Source: an uncultured Chloroflexia bacterium
GTDB lineage: Bacteria; Chloroflexota; Dehalococcoidia; UBA2979
NCBI GenBank assembly: GCA_963728205.1
Contig: CAVSIV010000006.1
Span: 1,152,001-1,216,000, forward strand
Direction: 5' to 3'
DNA length: 64,000 nt
A program made the position numbers and the translations under genes. This document shows, one piece after another, positions 12,369 through 21,948 of the stretch (within the stretch, counting starts at the first letter, position 1; each line of letters starts with the position of its first letter). The notes beneath the pieces are model-generated. The model ran no database searches and was not told the origin of the DNA. It saw only the letters and a list, made by a program, of their open reading frames with translations.

Positions 12369-13274
12369 CTACGCCCGCGCCGGCGCCTTGATGTCGATCG
12401 TGTGCGACCCAAGCTGCGCGCGGATCACCGCCTGCGCGGCCTCGGTCGCCGGCAGCAGCGGGAGGCGCGGCGGACCGGCGTGGACGCCGACCGCGTCGAG
12501 CGCGAACTTCAGCGGGATCGGGTTGCTCTCCACGAACAGCGCATCCACCAGCGGGCGCAGCTCCGCGTCAATCGCCGTCGCGCGGTCGGCGTCGCCCGCG
12601 ACGTGCGCGTCGATCATCGCGCGGATCTGCAGGCCGACGAGGTGCGCCGCGACCGACACCACCCCGTAGCCGCCGAGTCGCAGCACGCCGAGCGTGTCGC
12701 TGTCGTTGCCCGACCACACCGAGAACCCGTCGGGCGCGCCGGCGATGATCGCGCGGATCTGCGCCAGGTCCGCGCTCGCCTCCTTGATGCCGACGACGTT
12801 CGGCACGGCGGCGAGCGCCAGTGTCGTCGCGGCGGTCATGTTCAGCGACGTGCGCGAGGGCACGTTGTAGAGCATGCACGGCAACCGCGTGGCGTCGGCG
12901 ATCGCGGTGAAGTGCGCGACGAGCCCGGCCTGCGTCGGCTTGTTGTACGCCGGCACCGTGAGCAGCACGCCGTCGAGCCCGAGGCGCTGCGCTTCCTTTG
13001 TCAGCTCAATCGAGTGGCGCGTGTTGTTGTCGGTCGCGCCAGCGATCACCGGCACGCCGGCGCCGACCGCGTCCTTGATCGTCTCCCAGACCTGGAGGCG
13101 CTCGCGATCACTCAGCGTCGCGGCCTCGCCGGTGCTACCGGTGGCGACGAGCGCCTCCGTGCCAGACGCGACGAGCGCCTTTGCGAGGTCGGCGGTTGCC
13201 TCCAGGTCGACGTCGCCACCGGCCGTCATCGGCGTGACCATCGCGGTGATCAGCCGTCCGAAGGGGACTGCCAT
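12369..13274 (-). CDS. dapA: 4-hydroxy-tetrahydrodipicolinate synthase
   Basis: ITAMVTP, GSTGEA, LYNVPSRT, GIKEAS, ESNPIP. Confidence 0.96.
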   Translation of the reverse strand: MAVPFGRLITAMVTPMTAGGDVDLEATADLAKALVASGTEALVATGSTGEAATLSDRERLQVWETIKDAVGAGVPVIAGATDNNTRHSIELTKEAQRLGLDGVLLTVPAYNKPTQAGLVAHFTAIADATRLPCMLYNVPSRTSLNMTAATTLALAAVPNVVGIKEASADLAQIRAIIAGAPDGFSVWSGNDSDTLGVLRLGGYGVVSVAAHLVGLQIRAMIDAHVAGDADRATAIDAELRPLVDALFVESNPIPLKFALDAVGVHAGPPRLPLLPATEAAQAVIRAQLGSHTIDIKAPARA

Positions 13275-13320
13275 CTCGACTACCTCCGCCATGCGCGGCC
13301 GCTGTCCGGGGACCCGAGGC

Positions 13321-14334
13321 CTACAGTTTGCCCCGGCGGATCAACTCCTCGGCGATCTGGATGGCGTTCGTGGCGGCGCCCTTGCGCAGGTTGTCCGCGA
13401 CCACCCAGAAGACCACGCCGTGCTCGACCGACGGATCGACCCGCAGTCGCCCGACAAACGCGCGGTCGTCGCCGGCGGTGTTGAGCGGCATCGGGTAGAC
13501 GCCGTGCGCCGGGTCGTCCATCAGCTGCACGCCCGGCATCGCGCGGAGAGCCTCGCGCAGGTCGCCGATCGACGCGGCGGAGGCGAACTCCGCGTGCACC
13601 GCCTCGGCGTGGCCGATGATCGTTGGGACGCGCACACAGGTCGCGGCGAAGCGCAGATCCGGCTCGTGCAGGATCTTGCGCGTCTCGTTCTTCATCTTGG
13701 TCTCTTCCTTCGTGAAGCCATCTTCCTCGAAGGAGTCGACCTGCGGCAGGACGTTCATTGCGATCTGGTGCGGGTAGACCTGCGGACCGGGGATCGGCTC
13801 GCCACGGCCGAAGGCCGCGAGCTGCGACTTCAGCTCTTCGACGGCGGCCGTGCCGGTACCCGACACCGCCTGGTACGTCGCGGCGGTAACGCGAGCAAGC
13901 GGCGCGACGCGGCGCATCGCCTCGAGCGCCATCGCGAGCGGCGTCGTCGTGCAGTTCGGGATCGAGACGATGCCCCGGTGCCAGTCGAGGTCGTCCCCGT
14001 TGACCTCCGGGATGACGAGCGGCACGTCCGGGTCCATGCGGTACGCGGAGCCGTCGTCGATCATGACGTGCCCGGCGGCGCGCACGACGGGACCCCACTG
14101 CCGCGATGCCTCGCTGGTCGCGGAGCAGAACACGAGGTCGGCGTCGGCGACGGCGTCCTCGGTCGTCTCCTCGACCACGAGCGACTTGCCGCGGAACGTC
14201 AGGCGCTTGCCGGCGGAGCGCTTCGTCGCCAGCAGCCGCAGCTGCGAGACGGGGAAGTTACGCTCCTCGGCGACGCGGAGGAACACGTCCCCCACTGCGC
14301 CGGTCGCGCCGATGACGGCGACCCTGGGTTCCAC
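13321..14334 (-). CDS. asd: Aspartate-semialdehyde dehydrogenase
   Basis: GATGAVG, PNCTT, YQAVSGTG, TCVRVP, DNLRKGAA. Confidence 0.97.
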   Translation of the reverse strand: MEPRVAVIGATGAVGDVFLRVAEERNFPVSQLRLLATKRSAGKRLTFRGKSLVVEETTEDAVADADLVFCSATSEASRQWGPVVRAAGHVMIDDGSAYRMDPDVPLVIPEVNGDDLDWHRGIVSIPNCTTTPLAMALEAMRRVAPLARVTAATYQAVSGTGTAAVEELKSQLAAFGRGEPIPGPQVYPHQIAMNVLPQVDSFEEDGFTKEETKMKNETRKILHEPDLRFAATCVRVPTIIGHAEAVHAEFASAASIGDLREALRAMPGVQLMDDPAHGVYPMPLNTAGDDRAFVGRLRVDPSVEHGVVFWVVADNLRKGAATNAIQIAEELIRRGKL

Positions 14335-14446
14335 GGCAAACGCTCCTGTACGTGGGCTCGGACGGCACGCGCCGCGTTTCCGCGGCGCATCCCGATGATA
14401 GAGGGACGGGCGGAGTGAGCGCGAGGGCGCCGGAGCGACGTGGCAG

Positions 14447-15235
14447 CTAGCGGAGGCCCATGAGCGCGTCGAGGCCCTCGACGAGCCCCTCGCGCTCCAT
14501 GACCGCGCGCACCGCGAGCAGCACCCCCGGCATGAACGACTCGCGACCGTACGAGTCGTGCCGCAGCGAGAGCGTCTGCGCGGTGCCGCCGAAGATCACC
14601 TCCTGGTGCGCGACCAGCCCCGGCAGCCGCACGGAGTGGATCGCGATGCCCCCCTCGGCGCCGCCGCGGGTGTGGTCGAGCGGCGTCAGGCTCGGCACGT
14701 TGTGCCCGAAGTCGCGGGCGCGCGCCTCGCGCATCAGGCGCGCCGTGGTCAGCGCGGTGCCGCTCGGCGCATCTACCTTGCGGTCGTGGTGGAGCTCGAT
14801 GATCTCGGCGGAGTCGAAGTAGCGCGCGGCGATCTGCGCGAGGTGCATCAGCAGCACGGCGCCGAGCGCGAAGTTGGCCGCCACCACTCCGCCGACGCGG
14901 CGGTCGGCCAGCCCGCTTCGCAGGAGCGCGACGGTTTCGGCGTCGACGCCGGATGTGCCGATGACCGGCCGTATGCCGGCGGCGACGGCCGCCGCCGCGA
15001 GAGTCGGCGTGAAGGTGGCGTTCGTAAAGTCGACGACGACGTCGGGCGCCACCGCCGCGAAGAGCGCGGCGGGGTCGGGGCGCATCGGCAGGGTCGCACC
15101 GCCCGGCGAGACGTGATCGCCGGCAGGCTGCTGCGGCTCGACAACCCCGACCAGCTCGAGGTCCGCCTCGGCCTCGACGGCGCTCATCACCATGCGGCCC
15201 ATCTGGCCCAATCCGCTGACGGCTACCCGGATCAT
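14447..15235 (-). CDS. dapB: 4-hydroxy-tetrahydrodipicolinate reductase
   Basis: GLGQMG, VDFT, EIIELHHDRKVDAPSGTA, HSVRLPG. Confidence 0.95.
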   Translation of the reverse strand: MIRVAVSGLGQMGRMVMSAVEAEADLELVGVVEPQQPAGDHVSPGGATLPMRPDPAALFAAVAPDVVVDFTNATFTPTLAAAAVAAGIRPVIGTSGVDAETVALLRSGLADRRVGGVVAANFALGAVLLMHLAQIAARYFDSAEIIELHHDRKVDAPSGTALTTARLMREARARDFGHNVPSLTPLDHTRGGAEGGIAIHSVRLPGLVAHQEVIFGGTAQTLSLRHDSYGRESFMPGVLLAVRAVMEREGLVEGLDALMGLR

Positions 15236-15237
15236 CT

Positions 15238-15936
15238 TCAGCCTCCCCGCTCCGCGCGGTCGATCTCGGCCTTCACCTGCCAGCACTCGCGCACCATCTC
15301 GCCGAGCCGGCCGGCGGCCGTCCGGGCATCGAAGCGTACGCCGCGTGTGTGATCGACGAACGCGCGCCACGCGGCGTCGAACTCGTCACGCGTGAGGCGG
15401 CCGCGGACGTACTGCTTCGCATCCTTGAGGAAGTAGACGAAGTGGCCGTGGTGGTCCCACTCGGCGTCGCCGACGGCAATCATTCGCGGGGCGGCGGGCA
15501 GCCGACCGACGGCCACGGCGGATCCTCGCCACACCTCGCGCGCGGTGATCGGCTCGCCCTCCTTCACGCCCTCGACGCGCACGCGCTCGTACTCCTCGAG
15601 CGGGTAGAAGCTCACGTCGACCTGGTGGAAGGGCGACTCGCCGTCGAACCAGTAGCGTCCGGACGGCTGCGCGACGCCGGTGAACCTGCGGTAGTAGCGC
15701 ACCGGCTTCGCCAGGCGGAGCGCGTCGGCGCAGGTCCACGCGGTGCCGGCCGCGCCGTCGTGGCCGACGATCATGTCGACGTCCGAGAAGCCGTCGTGGG
15801 AGCCTGCGGCGAGCGAGCCGAACAGCGCGATCGCGCGCGCGCCCGGCACCGCGGCGACCGCGTTGACGATCTCATCGGCGATGCGCGGGGGCGTGGTGAC
15901 GTACGGGTTGAGCAGCCCGTCGATGTCTTCGAGCAT
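15238..15936 (-). CDS. Pol-beta-superfamily nucleotidyltransferase domain protein
   Basis: LFGSLAAGSHDGFSDVD motif (GS...DxD). Confidence 0.72.
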   Translation of the reverse strand: MLEDIDGLLNPYVTTPPRIADEIVNAVAAVPGARAIALFGSLAAGSHDGFSDVDMIVGHDGAAGTAWTCADALRLAKPVRYYRRFTGVAQPSGRYWFDGESPFHQVDVSFYPLEEYERVRVEGVKEGEPITAREVWRGSAVAVGRLPAAPRMIAVGDAEWDHHGHFVYFLKDAKQYVRGRLTRDEFDAAWRAFVDHTRGVRFDARTAAGRLGEMVRECWQVKAEIDRAERGG

Positions 15937-15996
15937 GGCGGAAAACGTAGCGAACCCGCGGCCGTGCGGCGAGCACGCCGTTGCGGCGGGCAGGCA

Positions 15997-16022
15997 AACG
16001 GCCCGGCGTGTGCCGGGCCGTT
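15997..16022 (-). terminator. GC-rich hairpin downstream of pnp (probable terminator or stabiliser)
   Basis: AACGGCCCGGC-gtgt-GCCGGGCCGTT, perfect 11-bp stem about 30 nt after the pnp stop; only a short U-run. Confidence 0.5.
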
Positions 16023-16054
16023 GTGCCTTCTGTTGTCGGGGCGACGCGAAGCGC

Positions 16055-18547
16055 CTACCAGCGACGCCCGCCGGTGCCGCCGCCGCGCGCCGGCCGGTCG
16101 CCGCCGCCCTCGCTGCGGCCGGCTCCACCCGCGCTGGTGCTACCGCCATCGCCGCCGCTGCGCTCACCGCCGCCGGTGCCGCCGGTGCCGCCGGAGCCGC
16201 CGGAGCCACCGGAGCCACCGGAGCCGTAGCCCCCGCCGCTGCCGAAGCGCTGGCCGCCACCACCGCCGCGCTGGCCGCCGCCACCGCCACCGCGACCGCC
16301 GCGGTCGCCGCCACGCCCGCCGCCGCGTGGACCGCGGTCACCGCCGCCGCTGCGCGGACCGCGGTCGCGCTGCGGCGTTTCCTCGCGGTCATCGCCCAGC
16401 TCCGCGTCGCTCAGGCCGACGCCGCCGTCGCCCTCGTGCAGCAGCGCGCGGCGCGAGAGGTTGATGCGCCCGAGGTTGTCGATCTCGACGACCTTCACCT
16501 TGACGCGGTCGCCCACGTTCACGACGTCCTCGACGCGGTCGACGCGCTCGTCGGCCAGCTCCGAGATGTGCACGAGGCCGTCCTTGCCGGGCAGGATTTC
16601 GACGAACGCGCCGAAGGCCATGATCCGCGAGACGGGGCCCTCGTAGACGTCGCCGACCTTGACCTCCTTGGTGAGGCCCTCGATCTCTCCGATCGCGCGG
16701 CTCACGCCGTCGTGGTCCGAGCCCGACACGAAGATCGTGCCATCCGGCTGCACATCGATCTGCGCGCCGGTGCGCCCGATGATCGCGTTGATCACGCGGC
16801 CGCCCGGGCCGATCACCGCGCCGATCTTCTCGGGATCGATCTTCACCGTCTCGATCTTCGGCGCGGTCGGCGCTACCTCGTCACGCGGCTGCGCCAGCGC
16901 CGACAGCATCGTCTCGAGGATCTGCATGCGCGCCTCACGCGCCCGACGGAAGACCTCGGTCATGAAGTCGTTCGGCAGCCGCTTCAGCTTGATGTCGAGC
17001 TGCACGGCGGTGACGCCGCGCTCGGTACCGGCGACCTTGAAGTCCATGTCGCCGAACGCGTCCTCGATGCCGGCGATGTCGGTGAGGATCCGGTAGTCGC
17101 TCGCGTCGGGGTTCGTCATCAAGCCCATCGCGATGCCCGCGACGGGCGCGTCGATCGGCACGCCGGCGTCCATCAGCGCGAGCGTGCCCGCGCAGATCGA
17201 GGCCTGCGACGTCGAGCCGTTCGAGGCCAGCACGTCGGAGACGATGCGGATCGTGTACGGGAACGCCTCGAACTCGGGCAGGACGGCCGAGAGCGCCTTC
17301 TCACCGAGCATGCCGTGGCCGATCTCGCGCCGGCCCGGGCCGCGCAGGAAGCGCGCCTCGCCGACGGAGAACGGCGGGAAGTTGTAGTGCAGCATGAAGC
17401 GCTTGAACGGCTCGGGGTCGATCTGGTCGAGCTTCTGGCGGTCGCCGATCGGGCCGAGCGTCGCGACCGAGAGCACCTGCGTCTCGCCGCGCTGGAAGAG
17501 CCCGGAGCCGTGGACGCGCGGCAGCACGCCGACCTGTGCGCTCAGCGGGCGGATCTGCTCGGGCGGCCGGTCGTCGGCGCGCAGGCCCTGGCCCAGCACG
17601 CGCTCACGAACGAACGACTTGAGGATCGACTCGGTGACGCTGCGCACCTCGCCTGGGGAGAGCGCCGCGGCCTCCTCGGCCGGCATCGACGCCTGCAGCT
17701 CGGCGAGCACCTTCGCGCCCATCTGGTCGATGCCGCGGAAGCCCTCGGACTTCACGGAGTCGAGCATCTCGGCGTCGCGCCCGGCGAGCAGCCCCTTGAT
17801 GCGGTCCTTCAGCGCCGTGTTCTCGGGCGCCGGCTCGAACGGCATCTTCGCCTGGCCGAGCTCGGCGATGATCTTCGCCTGCAGGTCGTTCAGCTGATGG
17901 CAGATGCCCTCGGCATACGCGATGGCCTCGATCAGATCGGCCTCGGGGACCTGCAGCGCGCCGGCTTCGATCATCACGATCGAGTCGTTCGTGGCGGCCA
18001 CGGTCAGCTCGAGGTCGGACGCGTCGAGCTCCTCGTAAGTCGGGAAGGCCTTCAGCTGGCCGTCGACGCGGCCGACCTTCACCGACGACACCGGGCCCTC
18101 GAACGGCAGGTGCGAGAGGTTGACGACGGTCGAGGCGCCGGTCGTGGCGAGCGCGTCGGCCGGGTTCTCGCGGTCGGACGCGAGCAGCGTGCAGACGATC
18201 TGCACCTCGCGCTTGAAGCCCTTGGGGAAGAGCGGGCGGATCGGGCGGTCGGTCATGCGGGCGGCCAGCGTGGCGTCCGTGCCCGGCCGGCCCTCGCGGC
18301 GGAAGAACGAGCCCGGCACTTTGCCGATGGCGTACATGCGCTCTTCGAAGTCGACCGTCAGCGGGAAGAAGTCGATGCCGGGCCGCGGGTCGCCGTCGCA
18401 GACGGTGACGAGCAGCACGGTGTCGCCGAGCCGCACGGTGCAGGCGGCGAGGGCGTTCGGCGCGAGCAGCCCGGTGGCAATCTCGAGCGTGCGGCCCTCG
18501 ATCTCGGTGGTGAAGCGCCGCTGTCCGGTCGTGGTCTCTGTGGTCAT
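16055..18547 (-). CDS. pnp: Polyribonucleotide nucleotidyltransferase (PNPase) with Gly/Arg-rich tail
   Basis: DFFPLTVDFEER, RREIGHG, SNGSTS, GDMDFKVAGT, KH and S1 domains. Confidence 0.98.
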   Translation of the reverse strand: MTTETTTGQRRFTTEIEGRTLEIATGLLAPNALAACTVRLGDTVLLVTVCDGDPRPGIDFFPLTVDFEERMYAIGKVPGSFFRREGRPGTDATLAARMTDRPIRPLFPKGFKREVQIVCTLLASDRENPADALATTGASTVVNLSHLPFEGPVSSVKVGRVDGQLKAFPTYEELDASDLELTVAATNDSIVMIEAGALQVPEADLIEAIAYAEGICHQLNDLQAKIIAELGQAKMPFEPAPENTALKDRIKGLLAGRDAEMLDSVKSEGFRGIDQMGAKVLAELQASMPAEEAAALSPGEVRSVTESILKSFVRERVLGQGLRADDRPPEQIRPLSAQVGVLPRVHGSGLFQRGETQVLSVATLGPIGDRQKLDQIDPEPFKRFMLHYNFPPFSVGEARFLRGPGRREIGHGMLGEKALSAVLPEFEAFPYTIRIVSDVLASNGSTSQASICAGTLALMDAGVPIDAPVAGIAMGLMTNPDASDYRILTDIAGIEDAFGDMDFKVAGTERGVTAVQLDIKLKRLPNDFMTEVFRRAREARMQILETMLSALAQPRDEVAPTAPKIETVKIDPEKIGAVIGPGGRVINAIIGRTGAQIDVQPDGTIFVSGSDHDGVSRAIGEIEGLTKEVKVGDVYEGPVSRIMAFGAFVEILPGKDGLVHISELADERVDRVEDVVNVGDRVKVKVVEIDNLGRINLSRRALLHEGDGGVGLSDAELGDDREETPQRDRGPRSGGGDRGPRGGGRGGDRGGRGGGGGGQRGGGGGQRFGSGGGYGSGGSGGSGGSGGTGGTGGGERSGGDGGSTSAGGAGRSEGGGDRPARGGGTGGRRW

Positions 18548-18950
18548 GTCTCTGGGTCTACCTATTCCTGCTACACATCTCTGTCTCGATGGATCGGGTG
18601 TGGGGTGCGCGCACGTCGTGCGCCGCTGCCGGTGCAGCGTGGCGGGGAAGTCGTGCGGCGATCAGCGGGGAGGCGGGGGCTTTCGTCCGGGGGTCCCGGG
18701 GGGAGATGGCCGGCGGCTGGCCGGTGCATCGCCTGTGCTGCGGGAATCGGATGTGGGGCCGGGGTCGGGGCTGCGCCTCAGCACTTGCGCTGGTGCGCGG
18801 GGCCTCGAACTCCGCTTGCGCGGACGCTGTGTCCGCTGTTGCCGTGTCGCTTCGGTTCCTGTCTCTGTCTCTCTCGCCTGCTTCTACCACTGCCGACCGG
18901 CCGCCCTCACCCGCAGAGCCCGCCGGCCGCGCATACGAACAAGGGCTGCG

Positions 18951-19217
18951 CTATCGGCGCAGCCCCAGTGCCTGGATCACCTCGTGGTACCGGTCGACGT
19001 TGGTGCGACTCAGGTAGCGCAGCTCGCGACGTCGGCGGCCGACGAGCTTGAGCAGCCCGCGGCGCGTCGAGAAGTCATGCTTGTGCATGCGCAGGTGGTC
19101 GGTGAGGTGGTTGATCCGGTCCGTGAGCAGCGCAATCTGAACCTCGGACGAGCCGGTGTCGCCATCGTGCTGCTTGAATTGGTCGATGATCTCGGTCTTC
19201 AGTTCAGCCGTCTGCAT
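18951..19217 (-). CDS. rpsO: 30S ribosomal protein S15
   Basis: [13 protein letters not shown]...HKHD...RRGLLKLVG...LGLRR. Confidence 0.98.
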   Translation of the reverse strand: MQTAELKTEIIDQFKQHDGDTGSSEVQIALLTDRINHLTDHLRMHKHDFSTRRGLLKLVGRRRRELRYLSRTNVDRYHEVIQALGLRR

Positions 19218-19401
19218 CTCGTCGCGTTCGCGCTCTCAGGGTGCGGGTGATGGTGGGAAACGACCGCGCGGAACGGCGGACGTTGGGGACACGCTAGCAT
19301 AGGGTCCGACCTCGGGCAACGCGCGCTCCACGAGCGTACACCCGGCCCGGCGCCCCCATCACCGCGCACGACCGCCGTCCCGCCCACCGGAGAGGATGCC
19401 C

Positions 19402-20220
19402 ATGTCCCGCACCGCGATCGTGATCGACGCGGACGCCTGCGTGCCCGCGCCACTGTGCGCCGAGCTCGGCATCGTCGTCGCGCCGGCGGATGCGCCCCTG
19501 CTGCTCGAAGCCGAGACCGTCTCACGCCTCAGCCTCGAAGCCGCGGCGCCCGACGCCGAGCCCGTGGCCGCGGCGTGTGCGAACGCCGCCGAGGACGCCG
19601 ACGCCGTGCTCTATATCGCGTGTGGCGACGGCTACGGCGCCGCGGTCGACGCCGCTCCCCTGGCGCGGGCGGCCGTGGAGGCGCGCTCGCCGGGCACGCG
19701 CTTCGTCGCCTTCGACAGCGAGGCGGCGGTGATGGGCGCCGGCTGGCAGGCCGTCGCCGCGGCGCGCGCAGTCGCCGCCGGGGGCGACTTGGATGCCGCG
19801 ATCGCGGCCGCGGCGGCGGTGCGCGAGTCGGTGACCGTCCTCGCCGCGCTCGACCACCCGGAGCTCTCGGGCGCCGGACGGCTCGCGCCGGACGGCCGGC
19901 TGCGGCTGCGCGCGGTCGCGGAGCTGAGCGCGGCGAACATCGAGGTGATCGCGGCGCCGAGCCGGCGCGACGCCGCGCTCGTGCAGCTACGCGACCAGTT
20001 CCACGCGCTCGCGACACCCCCGCACGGCGCGCCCGCCGGCCGGCTGCACGTGGCCGTGCAGCACGCGGCCGCCGGCGCCGGCGGCGACGCGCTCGCCACG
20101 TGGATCGCGCGCACCCTCGCGCCTGACGAGCTCTTCGTGGCCCCGCTCACGCGCCATGCCGCCACGCGCCTCGGGCCGCGCATGATCGGCGTCGCCTGGT
20201 ACCGCGAGCCGCCGCCGTAA
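19402..20220 (+). CDS. DegV-like (fatty-acid-binding fold) protein, divergent
   Basis: TAIVIDADA, FDSEAAVMGAG, HAATRLGPRMIGVAW resemble DegV blocks. Confidence 0.55.
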   Translation: MSRTAIVIDADACVPAPLCAELGIVVAPADAPLLLEAETVSRLSLEAAAPDAEPVAAACANAAEDADAVLYIACGDGYGAAVDAAPLARAAVEARSPGTRFVAFDSEAAVMGAGWQAVAAARAVAAGGDLDAAIAAAAAVRESVTVLAALDHPELSGAGRLAPDGRLRLRAVAELSAANIEVIAAPSRRDAALVQLRDQFHALATPPHGAPAGRLHVAVQHAAAGAGGDALATWIARTLAPDELFVAPLTRHAATRLGPRMIGVAWYREPPP

Positions 20221-20261
20221 CGCGTCCCCAACACGTGCGCGCATCGCGTATCATGCGCGCG

Positions 20262-20912
20262 ATGTCCGTCACCACGAACAACGGGAACGCAGCCGGTGCC
20301 TTCCGCACCGCCGCCACCGGCGGCGATGGCTCGGCGCTCGACGCGGGCACCGACCTCGAGCGCCTGCGCTCGACGCTGGGCGCGCTGCCGGCCGCGCGCG
20401 AGCATCCGGCGCTGGTGGTGCTCGTCGGCCCGCCGGGCACCGGGAAGACGACGATCGCGCGCGCCGTCCACGAGCGCACGCCGGTCGTCGTGCTCGATGG
20501 CGAAGAGATCCGGCACGAGCTGTTCGACGTGCCCGACTATTCGTTCCGGGAGTCGCAGCGCGTCGACCGCGCAGTCCGCACGCTGATCGGCGAGTTGCTC
20601 GCCCAGCGCCAGGCCGTGATCCTCGACGACTCGAATCTCACGGAGTGGGAGCGGCAGCCGCTCTACACGCTGGCCGCGCGTCACCACGCGCGCCTCGTGC
20701 TCGTCGAGGTGACGACGCCGACGCGCGTCGTGATCGACCGCATCCGCCACCTCGCCGTGCGCTCGCCTCAGGACACCGAGCAGCTCGAGAGCGTCTACTC
20801 GCGCATGGCCGGCCGGCAGGAGCCAATCGCGCGGCCGCACCTGCGCGTCGACACGTCGCACGACGTGCGCCCCGTGGTCGAGGAGATCGTTCGCGAGATC
20901 GAGGTCGGCTAG
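20262..20912 (+). CDS. P-loop kinase/AAA_33 family protein
   Basis: Walker A GPPGTGKT, VILDDSN. Confidence 0.8.
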   Translation: MSVTTNNGNAAGAFRTAATGGDGSALDAGTDLERLRSTLGALPAAREHPALVVLVGPPGTGKTTIARAVHERTPVVVLDGEEIRHELFDVPDYSFRESQRVDRAVRTLIGELLAQRQAVILDDSNLTEWERQPLYTLAARHHARLVLVEVTTPTRVVIDRIRHLAVRSPQDTEQLESVYSRMAGRQEPIARPHLRVDTSHDVRPVVEEIVREIEVG

Positions 20913-21739
20913 CCGGGTCGCGACGCCCCGCCGCCGCCGCTGGTCTCCGCGAGGTTCGCGCGACGCCCGAACCATTGCCGCAGCCCCGGATAGCCGCGCC
21001 GCTGCAGCCACGCCGCCGCCGCCAGCGCGATGAGCGAGACGACCATTCCCATCACGCCGTCGAAGATGAAGTGGTTCGCCGTCGCGACCACCGACAGCGC
21101 CTGCAGCGCGAGCACCGAGAACGCCGCGAGCCGCAGCCACCAGTTCCGCGTGGCATCGAACACCACGACCGCGAGCAGCAGCGACCAGCCGACGTGCAGC
21201 GACGGCACCGCCGCGAACGGGTTCACGAACGGCTTCGTCGACTGGGTCTGGTAGGCGAGGTGCGAGAACCGCGCCAGCGTGTCGATGAAGCCCCACTCCT
21301 TGAGGTAACGCGGCGGCGCCACCGGGAACGTCCAGTACACGATCAGCGCGAGCCCGCCCGAGATCAGCAGCGCGTCGCGCAGCAGCGTGTAGCTCGTGCG
21401 CCGGCGCCAGAAGAGCAGCAGCCCGACGGCGACGATCAGCGGGAAGTCGAACCAGAAATAGACGAAGTCGACCAGCCGCAGGATCGGCGTATGGGTCACG
21501 ACCCAGCGATTGACGATCGGCTCCACGAAGAAGCCGAGGTGCGTCTGCAGATTCACGATCCAGCGTGCATGCTCGAGCGCGTCGTGCGTGCGGTCGATCA
21601 CCGCGCCGCGTACGACGAAGTAGAGGAGGAAGCCGAAGGCGACCAGGCCGATCTCGATAAAGTCGAACCAGTCGACGCCCGCGCGATCGGGTGCGGTGAC
21701 CCGATGCAGGTAGCGGTAGATGTGCGTCTTCATGCCCAT
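20909..21739 (-). CDS. PAP2_3 (Aur1-like) membrane phosphoesterase/transferase
   Basis: FPVAPPR, NPFAAVPSLHVGW, TANHFIFD. Confidence 0.85.
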   Translation of the reverse strand: MGMKTHIYRYLHRVTAPDRAGVDWFDFIEIGLVAFGFLLYFVVRGAVIDRTHDALEHARWIVNLQTHLGFFVEPIVNRWVVTHTPILRLVDFVYFWFDFPLIVAVGLLLFWRRRTSYTLLRDALLISGGLALIVYWTFPVAPPRYLKEWGFIDTLARFSHLAYQTQSTKPFVNPFAAVPSLHVGWSLLLAVVVFDATRNWWLRLAAFSVLALQALSVVATANHFIFDGVMGMVVSLIALAAAAWLQRRGYPGLRQWFGRRANLAETSGGGGASRPG

Positions 21740-21948
21740 GCTCGGCCCGCGCCGCCCGTCCCGCCTCGCTCGCCCGACCGCGATGTCCCCGCGCTGCGTG
21801 GAAGGCGCTGGCGAGTCATTGTATCCGCTTTGCCGGTTGCGTCCGCCCGCAAACGCACGTGTCTGCGCGGTTGCCCCGTTTCTCGGGCCGCTCCTATGCT
21901 CCGCGCGCCGCCCCGGTCGGGGCCGGCGCACCGGGTGAGGAGCGCGCG

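Noticed and set aside
16170-16300. 9-bp and trinucleotide repeats
   Set aside because: They encode the Gly-rich PNPase tail and are not an independent repeat element.
18558-18890. 110-aa ORF between rpsO and pnp
   Set aside because: No recognisable motif and atypical codon usage; treated as untranslated leader.
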